From the human T2T-CHM13v2.0 reference genome, Homo sapiens: 64,000 bases of DNA. The stretch lies in assembly GCF_009914755.1 (NCBI RefSeq), contig NC_060934.1; one strand, given 5' to 3'. The notes below the pieces were generated by a model. The model ran no database searches, had not been told where the DNA came from, and was given only the letters and a program-made list of their open reading frames with translations. Shown piece by piece: positions 14,270 to 31,126 of the stretch (positions within the stretch are counted from its first letter, which is position 1; each line of letters opens with the position of its first letter). The position numbers and the translations under genes are program-made.

Positions 14270-14492
14270 AGTAGTAGTATACTGGTCAGTGTTTAATCAG
14301 TTGCCTTTGTGGAGTGGGGTTGAGGAGTGGGGAAGTCCTGATTTGTAACATTTGCCAGTGTCTGTGGTGTAAATTCTCCCACTATGACCGATTTCAAGCT
14401 ACCAAGGTGGTATCACTGAACACTGATAATGGAATTAGGAAGAGATACACACAAGAGACTCTTGTTAGCTGGTGTAAGCTGCCTTCACCTGT
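14270..14492. mobile_element. MER63-like hAT DNA transposon relic
   Basis: gtaaattctcccactatg...atttcaagctac core; a similar copy lies at ~37720-38230. Confidence 0.55.
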
Positions 14493-14929
14493 GTAGGTTA
14501 TATCTGTAGGGTAGCATTTTTCTTTGTGATGTGAACAGGCAAATATAAGAAACTCATGATCTTGTTTAGTCTCTGTAGTGTGACAGTCTTTCTCTAACTT
14601 GTGACCTCCCCTGATATACCAGATAATGAGTTATAGTGTAACTATAGCCAAAGTTAAACAAATTATAGTCACTCTTACTATTTACTGCAACCTAATATAT
14701 TCTATTCTGTCCCAATTAATTTAAAACAATTAATTATTTCACTATTGCTACTTTTTATTTATTTAACACATACATGACCATTCTATATGCCAAACACTAT
14801 TTTTAAGTGCTTTACAGATGCTGACGAATTCCTTCACTGTGAGGTTGATGTCCCATTTCATCATTTATTGCTTGGCAATATTACTTGTCTTCCCTACCTC
14901 AGTGAGAGTATGTCAAAATAACAGTGTTT

Positions 14930-15582
<653 letters not shown>

Positions 15583-16494
15583 GATGAAGCTGAAGTTCTG
15601 CTTTCTAAGGTTTAGTTCAGAGTGCTGTATTTGAATGGAAGCTGCTAGAAGGGTGAGAATCATACCTATTGATTGTTGCGTCTTCCACAATTCCTAGTAC
15701 AGTATCTTAGACATTGTAAGTGTTTGAGACAGGGAATAAACGAATGGATGAATGAGTGAGCCTGTAGTCCCAGATAGTTGGGAGGCTGGGGCAGGAGGAT
15801 CGCTTGAGCCCAGAAGCTTGAGGCTGCAGTGAGCTATGATTGTGGCAACAGAGTGAGACCATGTCTCTAAAGTAAATAAATAAATGAATAAAGAAATAAA
15901 TAACAGTGTTTCTAATTTACCTTGAAGTGTATTTTAATTTATTGCCTTTTTCCCTTTGTCCTCTGAAATTATTATGACTACCACTGCTTTGTGTGCCGAA
16001 TGTTTTTTCAAAAATCATTTTAAAAGGACTGGTAACTTTCTTCTGCTCCATATATTTTTCTCAGTGTTATGCCTAAATCATTCATTTTTAGATTCCTCTA
16101 ACCATTTTCCCCTTGGGAGAAATAGATTTGGGGGATTACCCTAAGACTAGCCATATTTGTTTCTGAGTAATTATGTTTTGGCTGCTGTGAATTGGGTAAC
16201 AATCTCTTTGCACATCAGCTGCCTCTGCTGACTTCTGTGTCTTCATTCTACTGCCTCACATTCGCCTCTAAGTTGCTACTTTTGCAACAACCTAATAAAC
16301 TTAGAATAAAATCCAAAACTTTTATCCTGGACCATAAGACTCTCTATAATCTGTCTCTGCCACAGACAGTGTGGTACAACAGTTAAGGGTTTGGGACTCA
16401 AGTTCTGGTCTTTCTACTTGCTAGCTGTGTGACCTTGGAAATAGTGCATAATCTCTCTGTGCCTCAGTTTACTCATCATTAAAATGGGAAAATA

Positions 16495-17051
<557 letters not shown>

Positions 17052-17414
17052 TCATTCTTACTATCTCTGCTTAACTGTCAGGTCTCAGACGAGCCTCCTT
17101 TGACTCCCCATTGAATCCCCTTTGATTATCTCTCATCACAGAATTTACTTTCCTTTAAAGCCCAGCCACCATTTATTATTCTATATTTATTGGTGTGATT
17201 GCAGGAGACTCACAGTCATGAAGCTATGAGCTACTTCTGTGCTATTTGGGATGCCATTTGCCAACGTCTGTCTAGCCCAGGCTTGGTACGGCACTCTCGT
17301 ATTTGCTCATTACAGGCAGTTGGGAGTCTAATGAATGCATTTTTAGCATTAGCTTTCTTCCTGGATGTTTTTAGGTGCCTTTTCTTTGTGATTCTTTTTT
17401 CTTTTCTTCCTCTT

Positions 17415-17718
<304 letters not shown>

Positions 17719-18799
17719 TGTTTTTATTTAGATAACATATTGTTTTCCTGTTCTCTTTGCAAGAGAAATGAACACTCTAGAAAATGCCTCACTACTGAAT
17801 TGTTATCATGTGCCTTTGTTTTACGTTAGGTGTTAAAAACTTTTGGAGAACAAGTTAGAGGTAAAAATAAATCCATAAATAAACAACTAAGTAAAGTATG
17901 TAACAGTTGCCTACTTAGCCTCTTGTCTGCTAACAAAATGACATTTTCTTGGTCATTTAGCTTACACAGTGACGACCAAAAGTCGTTTCAGCAACTAGAA
18001 TCAGATGTGGGAAACTAGATCAAAAGGCTGCTAGTTTTACTTTTTACAGGGCCATGTGAGCCTCTCAGGAGGTGAGGAGAGCTCTCTCTTTATGCTTATA
18101 TCTTCTATAGATTTTGCACCAATGAATATTGTTTTACCCAAACAGAACAAATAACAACTAACAACAATGGGAAAAAGAATTCCAGCTCTAAGTGGACATT
18201 TAGAAAGTACTTATTTGGAGAGAAAACTCACCCTGGAGCTAAAGGGAATAGTATCAAATCCATGACCCTGTACTTTGCTCCGAGATGTGCTTGCTGGTCC
18301 CCTCCAATGACCAAAAGGTTTCTCAGCTTTGTTAACTCTCCCCAGCCCTCTGGGAGGCCATCAAAGCTTTCCAGCTAATAGTTCTAGTACTTCTTACTTG
18401 AAAAGAGGAAGCAGAGTCCCTGTACCCCCTAATTTAATTTGAGCTGTGGAGAGATATGAAGTTCACAGACCTAATCTCACCACATACACATGTATCTCAT
18501 TAAAACCAAACTCCAGCTAAGAATTCATTGTTCATAGCAGCTGCTCTTAGCATCTGAAATGTTAAGACTCTCCCTGACTGTTTAAAAAAATGTTAATGTG
18601 TCACTTTTGGGGTTTCCACTTCCTGGCTTTGAAACAATGCTGAATTTGCAATCATCTCTCAAAAGCCCAAATTATACACTGTGTTCTGAATGTTGACAAA
18701 GCCATTGGGATTTTCATTATGACAGTTTCACCTACCAAGAGAGGGGAACAAAAGTTCTCTAGGACATGACATATTATAAGGCAATATTTTCTATATTGA

Positions 18800-19368
<569 letters not shown>

Positions 19369-20085
19369 TAGATTATCTTTTTAGTTTATAAAAATGCTCA
19401 ATTCACACTTAAACTTTAAAACTAATTAGTTACTTGTATAAAAGAAATTAGAAATGTATTGTGTCCTTTAAACAAACTCCTACTTACAGTAGGTAAGCAT
19501 TTTATTAGTTATTCATAATAATTTATTTATTTTAAAATGTTTTCAAATTCAGTTCCACGCGCTTCAACAAATTTTTATTGACTTTGTCTCTTTGACCTTT
19601 AGAGCTATTCAGTCTAATGGCTCCTTTTAAGTTTTGTTTTATCACGTCATATGGCAGCTCAGCATGTTTGCTGAGTAAACTTTGTCAAGTCCTGATAATT
19701 TCTTAGCAACCAAAATGGTGTTTTAGTGGATAAATGTTTGAAAAAGAACTCGTTATACCTTCTGTGCATAAAAACAATGCCATCAACATTGTTTTAGGTC
19801 TTGAGATTTGAGAATTTGTACATAATCCAACCTCAACACCCATGTATTATACATGGAGAGGAACACACAGACACACACACGCACACACACACACAATGGT
19901 GTTGCATCACGTGCCCTATTCATTCAGATCACTGGTGTGTTGACCATGGCCACAGAAGAGATGCTTTAGGTTAACCAATCCTAACGATCACTTCTAGAAT
20001 CTTTGCAAAAGAACAGCTTAAAAACCTTGGATTCAGCATGTCACTCTTCACTATGAATCTCTAGTGGTCAAACAGATTCCTTCTA

Positions 20086-20385
<300 letters not shown>

Positions 20386-20962
20386 ATGGATTCCCTCTTA
20401 GCACCAAACTTCACGCCTGGAGATCTAGGGTATGGTAATCTCTGTAAGCCTCTTCTTACAAAATGACAGGGCCTTTGTCTTATAAAATGACAAAGTTGGA
20501 TTGGGGGACTTTTAGATTCACTTGATTTTATGACACTCAAATGTTTTATAATTAGCTCATGATCTATTGCATCTAGACAGGTAATAGCAGCCATAAAGTT
20601 AAGAGTTTGTCAATTGGAGTCAAACAAATCTAGGTGTGAATTGCAGCTCTGCCCAATACTAACTGCATTTGAATATTGGCGTTCTTTAACCTCTCAAGCC
20701 CGTTTCCATAGTTGTAAAATGGGATAGTAATCCCTATTTTCTCAGCTCTGTTCTGAGGATTAAATGAGATAATATGTGAAAGCGTATAGCTTAGAAACCA
20801 ATAATGTTTGTTATTATGGAGTGGTAAAAAATGACTTCGGATCTGAATCCAGGAAAATACCAAGACACCAAGAGCCTTCTCCACCTCTATGTTTTTTCAA
20901 TGTGCTACTTCAGTGTTATCTTGAAATTCCATGGGTAAAATCGGCCTCAAATAATAGAATAT

Positions 20963-21140
20963 GTGGGGAGGGAGAGCATCAGGATAAATAGCTAATGCAT
21001 GTGAGGCTTAATATCTAGGTGATGGGTTGACAGGTGCAGCACGCCACCATGGCACACATTTGCCTATGTAACAAACCTGCACGTCCTGCACATGTATCCT
21101 GGAACTTAAAATAAAATTAAATTAAATTAAGTGAAAAACA
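20963..21140 (+). mobile_element. L1PA-type 3' end fragment
   Basis: ggtgatgggttgacaggtgcagca...tatgtaacaaacctgcac...aacttaaaataaa. Confidence 0.85.
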
Positions 21141-21250
21141 AAAGAATATGGAGAATTCCACCTTTAAATGGAATTTTAAATTTGAATAACATTTGAGCTA
21201 AAATGGATACATTTTAAAAACTAAAATGTAAATAAATCTGTTAATTGCAG

Positions 21251-21834
21251 GTAGTGAAAATGGACACATCCATTCAACCTCTTTGCAACACATAAAAACT
21301 GTGACGGAGCAAGTGAGGCAAAGTCCAGAAAACGCTGCATCTCCCCAGGCAACCAACAGCACCCAGGTGTCGCAGCCATCAGGAGCCATGACACGGAGCC
21401 AGGAGTCTGTGTTCATGGGACCCCAGGAGCCCTCCTGTGACTCCGGAATCCTGAGAATGATGTCCCGGCGAGATGTCCGGGCAGAGTTATTCTTATGGAG
21501 CTTTCTCCTGTGGTCTGACACGATAGAAATGGTGCGTGTGGCTGGTCACCCCAACGTGTACAAGTCAAGCTGGCTATACCCAGTCTACATATTCAGTTTT
21601 ATTTCTCTCCTTCGAATTACATTCACTCCCCAAAACCCTCTTCTCAATTCCCTGAGCGTCCTGCTGCAAGATTTACCATTCGTTTTTGTTAGACTTGGTT
21701 TAATCATTGCCCTGGGGACTATCACACCCGTACTGGGCCTGTGTAAAAATATCCTCGTGACTCTCTCTTACATTTACTTCAATTACCTAACCAGAATCAG
21801 GATTTTTTCTGCCTTTGAAATGTCTCCATTTTAA
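21251..21834 (+). CDS. TMEM236: TMEM236 last coding exon ([15 protein letters not shown]...[11 protein letters not shown]), multi-pass membrane protein C-terminus
   Basis: Acceptor ttaattgcag|GT at 21250/21251. Frame matches the track ORF 21283..21834 and stays open to TAA at 21832-21834. Several hydrophobic helices. Lies immediately upstream of MRC1. Confidence 0.92.
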
Positions 21835-22099
21835 AAAGGAAATGGGATCTAGTAAGGCCTCTTTGTGATACCTGTGTGCACATTTGTAATCCTTCTTTTT
21901 TTCTTGGGGCGTAGGTGTTTGCACTATAAAGGAAATGACTAGATTGTAGAGAATAAGCCATTTTTACTAACTCTAGCATATCAGTTTTTTTTTTTACATA
22001 TACAAATGGTGCTAAATTTAAGTAAAGTAATATTCTTATAAGTTGGCTCTCAGGTATTTCTAGAAAATGTTAGCAGCTAATTTTAGTTAGTTATGTATA

Positions 22100-22437
22100 C
22101 TGAGGTCCCCAACCCCTGGACCATGGTCCCAGTACTGGTCCGTGATCTGTTAGCAAGCAGACCGCACAGCACGTGGTGAACCTCAAACTGAGCGTTCCCG
22201 CCTGCATTCCGCCTCCTGTCAGATCAGCAGCAGCATTAGATCCTCATAGGAGCCCAAACCCTATTGTGAACTGCGTATGCAAGGGATCTAGCTTTCGCTC
22301 TTTAAGAAAATCTAATACCTGATGATCTGAGGTGGGACAGTTTCATCCCAGAACCCAACCCCACCCCCAACCCCGGCTGTGGAAAAATTGTCTTCCACAA
22401 AACTAGTCCCTGGTGCCAAAAAGGTTGGGGACCACTG
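22100..22437 (+). mobile_element. MER1B (hAT-Charlie) in the TMEM236 3' UTR
   Basis: TIR-like ggtccccaacc...ggttggggacc; flanking duplication atgtatac at 22093-22100 and 22438-22445. Confidence 0.85.
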
Positions 22438-22610
22438 ATGTATACCACGCTTTTTCTAAGAATACTCTTCAACGGAGCCCTTTAAAAAACTAAGAACCTT
22501 TTCCATCAAGTTAGCCCAAGAATAAGATTTTTATCTTTTATATAGATAGCATTATATGAATTGATTGATTAAATTTAGTTTTAAAAAACACACTTGAAAT
22601 TATTGAATAA

Positions 22611-22935
<325 letters not shown>

Positions 22936-23586
22936 TAAAAATTTGAAAATTGTAGTTTTAGGGGTTCCTTCAAACGTGGAATTATATTCTTTATTCCATT
23001 GTGGCAAGGGACTTTTATTCAATAAATTGATTTCAGCATAAAAAGCAATTCACTTTAACAGATATTTGGCTCAGTTTAAGGCTTAGCTGTATTGCCAGTA
23101 CTGAAGTACTAATATGAGTGTTGTTTAGTATAATGAAGTCAAGGTACATCAGTAATACCAAGATAAAGTTTCATAATAAAAAGCCATAAAGTGAAGACAG
23201 AGATTTCAAAGTAAAAGAATATTTTATTTGTGGAATTTGATACTTTGATAAATAATCAAAGTACAAGCCCTGTTTAAAATTAAAAGTTCGGCTTACAAAT
23301 ATAATAGCCAATGTATCAGTGTCTTATGTGATACTATATCATGGATATATTGATGTTATAAAATAATTAGATACAGAGTCATGCAACTTGCTTTCACCCT
23401 GTTGGGACACTCTGAACAGTCAGCACTGTTCATTTGATAGTAATTTTCAGATGCTAGAGAGATTTGTGAGAGGCTGATAATGCAAGAGTAATGATTTATG
23501 TAGCCAGTTTCTTCAATGATCTGTGATAACAAATCATTAAGAATGAGACATATGGCTTAAGAATGAAGCTTAAGAATTTGACATAT

Positions 23587-23880
23587 GGCCGGCTGTGGTG
23601 GCTCACACGTGTAATCCCAGCACTTTGGGAGGTTGAGGCAGGTAGATCACTGGAGTCCAGGAGTCTGAGACCAGCCTGGGCAACATGGAGAGATTCTACC
23701 TCTACAAAAAATACAAAAATTAGCTGGGCATGGTGATCTGCACCTATAGTCCCAGCTACTTAGGAGGCTGGGGCAGGAAGATTGCTTGAGCCCAGGAGGT
23801 CAAGGCTACAGTGAGCTATGATCATGCCACTGCACTCCAGACTGGGCAACAGAGTGACACCCATCTAAAAAAAATAAAAG
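23587..23880 (+). mobile_element. AluJ, sense
   Basis: TSD aagaatttgac. Confidence 0.9.
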
Positions 23881-24649
23881 AGAATTTGACGTTGTGTTAT
23901 TCTACGCTCCACCAAATACCTCTCCCCCTGCCACCCTGTCTCCCTTTCCCTCTGTTTTAGGATTTTTCTCACACTGTAAAAGAAGATTTACTCACAGTTG
24001 TTAAAAGCTTGCCTTCCAGCTTTCTAATTTGAGGTAGGTTCTATAACCTCTGTGGGTCCCCGTTTCCACATGTAAAAGATGAACATAATACTAGTACTAC
24101 ATTAATAGGGTTAGGAGGGTTAAAGGGTAAAGAGTCCTTTGAGCACATTTTCTGGCAAACCATAATAACTTGATAAATGCTAAGCATTGGAACGGGTACC
24201 AAGTCTCCAAGAAACAAGTATCTCAATGCAGTTTTAGAAATTTCCTGTTTTATTCTTTTCTGTGGCCCTGCTCACCCTCTGGGAATAATCATTTCAACTT
24301 TGCATTTGTGAAAAATAATACATACAATCTTAAGGTTACTTCAGACTATACTTTTTCATCGAGCAGTATTGTATTCAAAAGTGATCGATCTGCTGAATAT
24401 ATAAATTAAAATGGACACAAGCCTTCATTCATCAGACATTTGAGTGTCTGTCCTCTGAGTTCCCATAGAATCTGAATTACACCACTTTATTCATACTTAC
24501 ATTATGTGTTTACTTTTCTGAGTGTCCTATTAATCTTTATTCCTTAAAGGAAAGCCTGAGGGCATCTTGTTTAACAATGCATCTCTCTCTTCATCAATCA
24601 ACGCTGCAGGTGCTTACAAGACTTATAACTTAAAAAAATTATAATACAA

Positions 24650-25061
<412 letters not shown>

Positions 25062-25361
25062 TTAGAACTTAGCAACAGTGCTCAGATAAACTCAAAAGTA
25101 TTACTTGAGTTTAGAATGCATTTTGTATCTAATATTTTAATATGAATGTGCCTGATATTTTCGGAAGTCACAACACTTTATACAAATAATGAAGGCATGT
25201 ACAGAAGATTATGTGTAGGAGGAAAATTGAGTAGCTAATTTAATTTCATTTAATATTTTACTTAGAGTGTATACATGTTTATAGACTGCAAGTCTATGGG
25301 ATTTAATAGATATTACAGCAAATTACACTGCGAAAACATTGATAGTTCTACACTGTAATTA

Positions 25362-25592
<231 letters not shown>

Positions 25593-26238
25593 TTAAAGGA
25601 ATGTGCATTTAAAAATTAATCTATGATTAGGCTATTAATATATAGTCTAATAATTTTATTGCATTATAATTATAAAGTAGTTTTATAATTTTATAAAATT
25701 TTATTGATGCTGTAATTTTTATAAAATTTTATTTATTTTATAATTTTACAAAAAATTCTAATACCTGTAATACACTTTTTAGTGCCTTTTCTTTCTAAAA
25801 GTTAATGTTTGAAATTACAATGTGTAAATGTTATCTCGTCTTGTTTTTCTTATTAGGGCCCCATTTCACTGAATGACAATTGCAATGAGGCATAGGAAAG
25901 AAAAGGGAAATGAAATTGCTTGCTGAAGTCCTACTATGTTCTGGGCACTATGCTGTTTGCCTAATACATAATTGCCTTGTGCTGTGTACCTTGGAGCAGG
26001 GCCTTACATAGTGAATATATCAATAGTTGTTCACAAAAAGAGCAATATACCACTTAGAAGCTACAAAACTTAAAAATGGCTACTTATACTCCATAGAAGA
26101 TATAGTAAATAATAGAAGAAAAAAATGAAATGGCTAAAGACATTTTGTTTTACAATGGGGCTGTTTTTACATGTTAATTAAAATTCTATGTTTAAACAAA
26201 TCTCTTGTGATGGCTGTTTCATTATGAGAGGATGCATT

Positions 26239-26786
26239 TGTATTAGTCAGTCCTCTAGAGGGACAGAACTAATAGGATAGATGTATATATGAAAGGGAGT
26301 GTATTAAGGAGTATTGACTCACACGATCACAAGGTGAAGTCCCACAGTAGGCCATCTGCAGGCTGAGGAGCAAGGAAGCCAGTCCGAGTCTCAAAACCTC
26401 AAAAATACGGAAGCCGACAGTGCAGTCTTCAGTCTGTGGCCAAAGGCCCGAGGGCCCCTGGCAAACCACTGGTGTAGGTCCAAGAGTCCAAAAGCTGAAG
26501 AACATGGAGTCCAATGTTGGAGGGAAGGAAGCATCCAGCACAGGAGAAGGATGGAGGCCAGAAGACTCAGCAAGTCTAGTCCTTCCACGTTCCTCTGCCT
26601 GCTTTTATCCTAGCTGTGCTGGCAGCTGATGAGATGGTACCCTCCCAGATTGAGGGTGGGTCTGCCTCTCCCCATCCACTGACTCAAATGTTAATCTCCT
26701 TTGGCGACACCCTCACAGACACACCCAGGAACAATACTTTGTATTCTTCAATCCGATCAAGTGGACACTGAATATTAACCGTCACA
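26239..26786 (-). mobile_element. MLT2A (HERV-L) solo LTR
   Basis: tgtattagtcag...ctctagagggacagaactaatagg...aatattaaccgtcaca. Confidence 0.88.
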
Positions 26787-27642
26787 GCTCTTATACAATG
26801 TTCAGCTTCCTGGTTGTCTGTCTCACATCCACCTTCTGTGCTCTGTAGTAATCGAATCCAAACACACAAACAGTAGAGTCAGAAGGTGAAAAAATAGAGA
26901 AACAGAGAGCCATGTACACCTGCCCACACAGAGACACTGAGAACCAGATCCAACTGCATTCGAAAGGTGTTTCCAATGTTTACAGGTGAGATTAATTAAT
27001 GAATTCTAAATCATACAGCGCCCCTTCAGGTTGAACAATGCACAACCTCTACATCCCTGAGTACTAGTGATTAATAGCTTTAGTAACCTGAGATATTTGT
27101 ATTAACAATTATTTACAAGAGCTTTTACATATATTACCATATCCTGAAGATTATTTTTTGGAAATTTCATTAATTTGTCATTTGACAAATTTGAGTGCCT
27201 GTTATAGACTAGGTATGGTTTTATATGAATTTGAGGATAATATTTACTAAAGTAACACTTGCTGTGAAAGTGTGCATTTATATATACACACATCTTAATT
27301 TCCCAAGATATGCCTATTTTTAATAAGATTATTTTTTATTTTAACTTGTAATTATTCTTATATTGAAATGGAAATAATGGATTTTTAAGGAATGCCTTCT
27401 TTCTCTACAAAACTTTTTTCTTTTAAATATTTAACTCAGATACCTTAGAGGTGTTCAGAATATTTGAGTGAACAAATAGAAAATTTGCGTTTCAAATTGC
27501 TAAAAATTATACGTAATCTTACATAGTTAGTGTTGTTCTGAAGAACCAGCCCAACATTGTTGTGTCTTGGTTTCCATCTGTAAAGTATAGGTCACTTTCA
27601 GATTATAAACACATGTTTAATCTTATTCTTAAAATGTGTTTC

Positions 27643-27939
<297 letters not shown>

Positions 27940-28744
27940 TCAAAAATTAAATGGGTCAAATAGCCTTTTAATTAAATTACTTTGTAAAATTTAGTATATT
28001 AAAACGATGTGTGCCAAGACAAAACCAAATGAAACAAAGTATTGGTTATAGAAATACAAAATTCAAAGGTCCTTCAAATACTATGAATCTACACACTGTT
28101 GATTACAATAAGTCTAAATATGTTATCTGAAGACAGTTACAATTAAAGCCTAATTTTATGTAAGTAATTGAATGCAAAGAAATTGGATTGCTATGATATA
28201 GTAGTTTTCTATTAAACTGTAAATGCATTGTTGATGTTTTGCTATGGTTTTGGTAAGGACTGAAAAATATGAGGTATAAGAACATCTAAATTTTTAAATT
28301 TTTACTCAAAAATATCTTTTTTTTCTTTTGGCTGGTAGGAAATATGTTGATAAGAGTTGAATAAATTTGTTCATTAGAAGATAGGCTTACTGAAAACACC
28401 ATTTCTGAAGGGCTTACCAGTTTTATCTGTGAGAAATGATGTAACAGGTTATGAAAAATTTTGCCCAGCTATTTTTCTTGGAACTATTTCAGAGCAAAGC
28501 AGACACTAAGTTCATCATACGTGAAACTGAGTGGGTAGGAGGTGGCTGGTGTTTGAGAAAGTCTAGGAGGAAATGACACAGTTGATTGTCTTGCCAATAA
28601 AAAAATGAGAATTTCCTTTATATTTTAGCTTGAAGAAAGGACTAGTTAAAAATAACCACCATCATCAATAGCTAACCAAAATTCAGAACCAGAACTTAGT
28701 AGAAGGGTGTAGACAGGATGGCATGAGTTGGATTTTTAAAAAAG

Positions 28745-30895
28745 TTTGGTAAAGGATACATAACACAATTATTATTGTAGTCATTTCAACTGTACAATTC
28801 AATGGCTCTAAACATATTCACCATGTTGTTTAACTATCACCACTCTGTATTTCCAGAACTTTTCATCATCCAACATCCAATGGGCTCTGTGCCCATTAAA
28901 CAATAACTCTCCATTCTCCTCCATCCTCCACCTCCCACCCCTTAGTAAACTCTCTTCTTCCTATGTCTCTGAATTTACCTATTCTATATACCTCACATAA
29001 GTGGAATCACATAATATTTGTCCGTTTATGTTTGGCTTATTTCACTTAGCAAAATGTTGAAAGGTTGTACATATAGCAGGTATCAGGATTCCTTTTTACG
29101 GCTCTATAATATCCCACTGTATGTTCATACCACATTTGTTTATCTGCTAACAGACACCTGAGTTGCTTCTACTTTTTGGCTATCATAAGTAAAACTTCTT
29201 TGAACATTGTTGTACAAATATGTGTTTGAGTCCCTAATTTCAGTTCTTCTGGGTATATACCTAGAAGTAGAATTGCTGGATCGTATGATAATTATAGTGT
29301 AACTTTGTGAGGCATTGCCAAGCTGTTTTCCGCAGCGGCTACACCATTTTACATTCCCGCCAGCAATGCCCGAGGGTTCCAATTTCTCATATTCTCACCA
29401 TCACTTGTTATTTTCTGTTTTTTTAAAGTAATAATTCTTTTGGGTGTGAAATTCTATTTCATTGTAGTTTTGATTTACATTTCCCTAATGACTAATGATG
29501 TTGAGCATCTTTACATGTGCTTAGCTTATTGGCCACTTGTATATCTTCTTTGGAGAATTATCTGTTCAGGTCCACCGACCATTTTGTATTTGGTTTTGTT
29601 GTGGTTATTGAGTTGTAGTTGTTAATATATTCTGGATATTCATCCCTTAATCAGATATGTGATTTACAGATATTTTCTATTTTGTGCTGTCTTTTCACTT
29701 TCTAGATAGTGTACTTTGGTGGACACAGTTTTTAACTGTGATAAAGGCCTTTTTATCTACTTTTTTATTGCTTGTGTTTTTGGTATCCAATCCAAGAAAT
29801 CATTGTCAAATCCAATGTTGTGAAGATTTTATTTCCTGACGTTTTCTTCTAAGAGTTTTATAGTTTTTAGCTCTTATGTTTAGGCATTTGATCCACTTTG
29901 GGTTAATTTTTGTATTTAATGTAAGGTAAGAGTCCAATTTCATTCTCTTTCCTGTGGATGGCCAGTTTTCCCAGCACAAATGCTGTTCTTTCCTCATTGA
30001 ATGCTTTTGGCACCTTGTTGGAAATCAACTGCCCACATAGGTTTATTTCTGGCCTCTCTATTGTATTCCATTGGCCTATATGGCTATCCTTATGCCTGTA
30101 CCACACTGTTTAGATTACTGTCATTTTGTAGTATGATTTGAAATCAGGAAGTGTGAATCGTTCAACTTCATTCTTTTTCAAAATTGTTTTGGCTGTGCAG
30201 ACTCCCATGAAATTCCATATGAACTTTAGGATGGGGTTTTTCATTTCTGCAAAAAAAAAAAATCATTGGGATTTTGATAGGGATTGCATGAATCTATAGA
30301 TTATATTGGATAATATTGACATCTTAACAATATCAAGTCTTCCATTTCATGAACACAGGGTATCTTTTCATTTATTTAGGTCTTTTTCTTTCAGCAACCA
30401 TTTGTAGTTTTCAGTGGACAAGTCTTTTGTCTACGTAGTTAAATTTATTCCTAAGTATTTTGTTCTTTTTGATTCTATTGCAAATGGAATTTTCTTAATT
30501 TTATTTTCAGATTGTTCATTACAAGTGTATCAAAATTCAACTGATTTTTGTGTTTTGATTTTGTGTCCTGCAACTTTGTTAAATTTGTTAGTGCTACAGT
30601 TTGTGTGTGTGGTGTGTATGTGTGTGTGTGTGGCGTGTGTATGTATGTGTGTGTGGTGTGTGTGTGTGGTGTGTATGTGTCTATTGTGTATGTGTATGTG
30701 GTATTTGTGTGTGGTGTGTGTGTGTGTGTGTGTGTGTGTAAGCTTTAGGACTTCCTACATTTAAAATCAGGCCATCTGTGTACAGAGATAATTTCACTTC
30801 TTCCTTTTTAATTTGGATGCTTTTATTTATTTTTTTCTTTCCTACATGCTCTTATTAGAACTTCCAGTACTAAGTTGAAGAGAAGTGATGAAAGC
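28745..30895 (-). mobile_element. L1M(B)-type 3' region (3' UTR and ORF2 end)
   Basis: Degenerate ORF2-like peptides on the - strand (MWYRHKDSHIGQWNTIERPEIN; KRMKLDSYLT...KINPKWIK). Confidence 0.88.
30600..30738. repeat. Complex (TG)n microsatellite
   Basis: ~140 bp interrupted TG repeat. Confidence 0.92.
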
Positions 30896-31126
30896 AAATA
30901 AAAGCACCAATCAGAACACACAGTCCTGACATTTGGAGGGCTAAATCCTTGTTGCCCGGCCTGGCCTCACCTAGCTGCACTGGGCGTGTGGGCTGCTTCC
31001 CCCTTCACAGCTGCCTGACACAGCCATAACCACAGGGAGAAGCTGAAATTCGCTGAAATGTACCAGCCTCTTTATCAAGCTCTCCCTTGGATGCTCCAAG
31101 TTTCTGACTAGACTAGTTCCCAAATA

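Noticed and set aside
26745-26761. DUX4 site in the MLT2A LTR
   Set aside because: Reads TCAATCCGATCA, with a substitution in the core relative to the TAAYYYAATCA-type motif, so probably non-functional
30414-30764. Cys/Val-rich ORFs
   Set aside because: Translation of the (TG)n microsatellite
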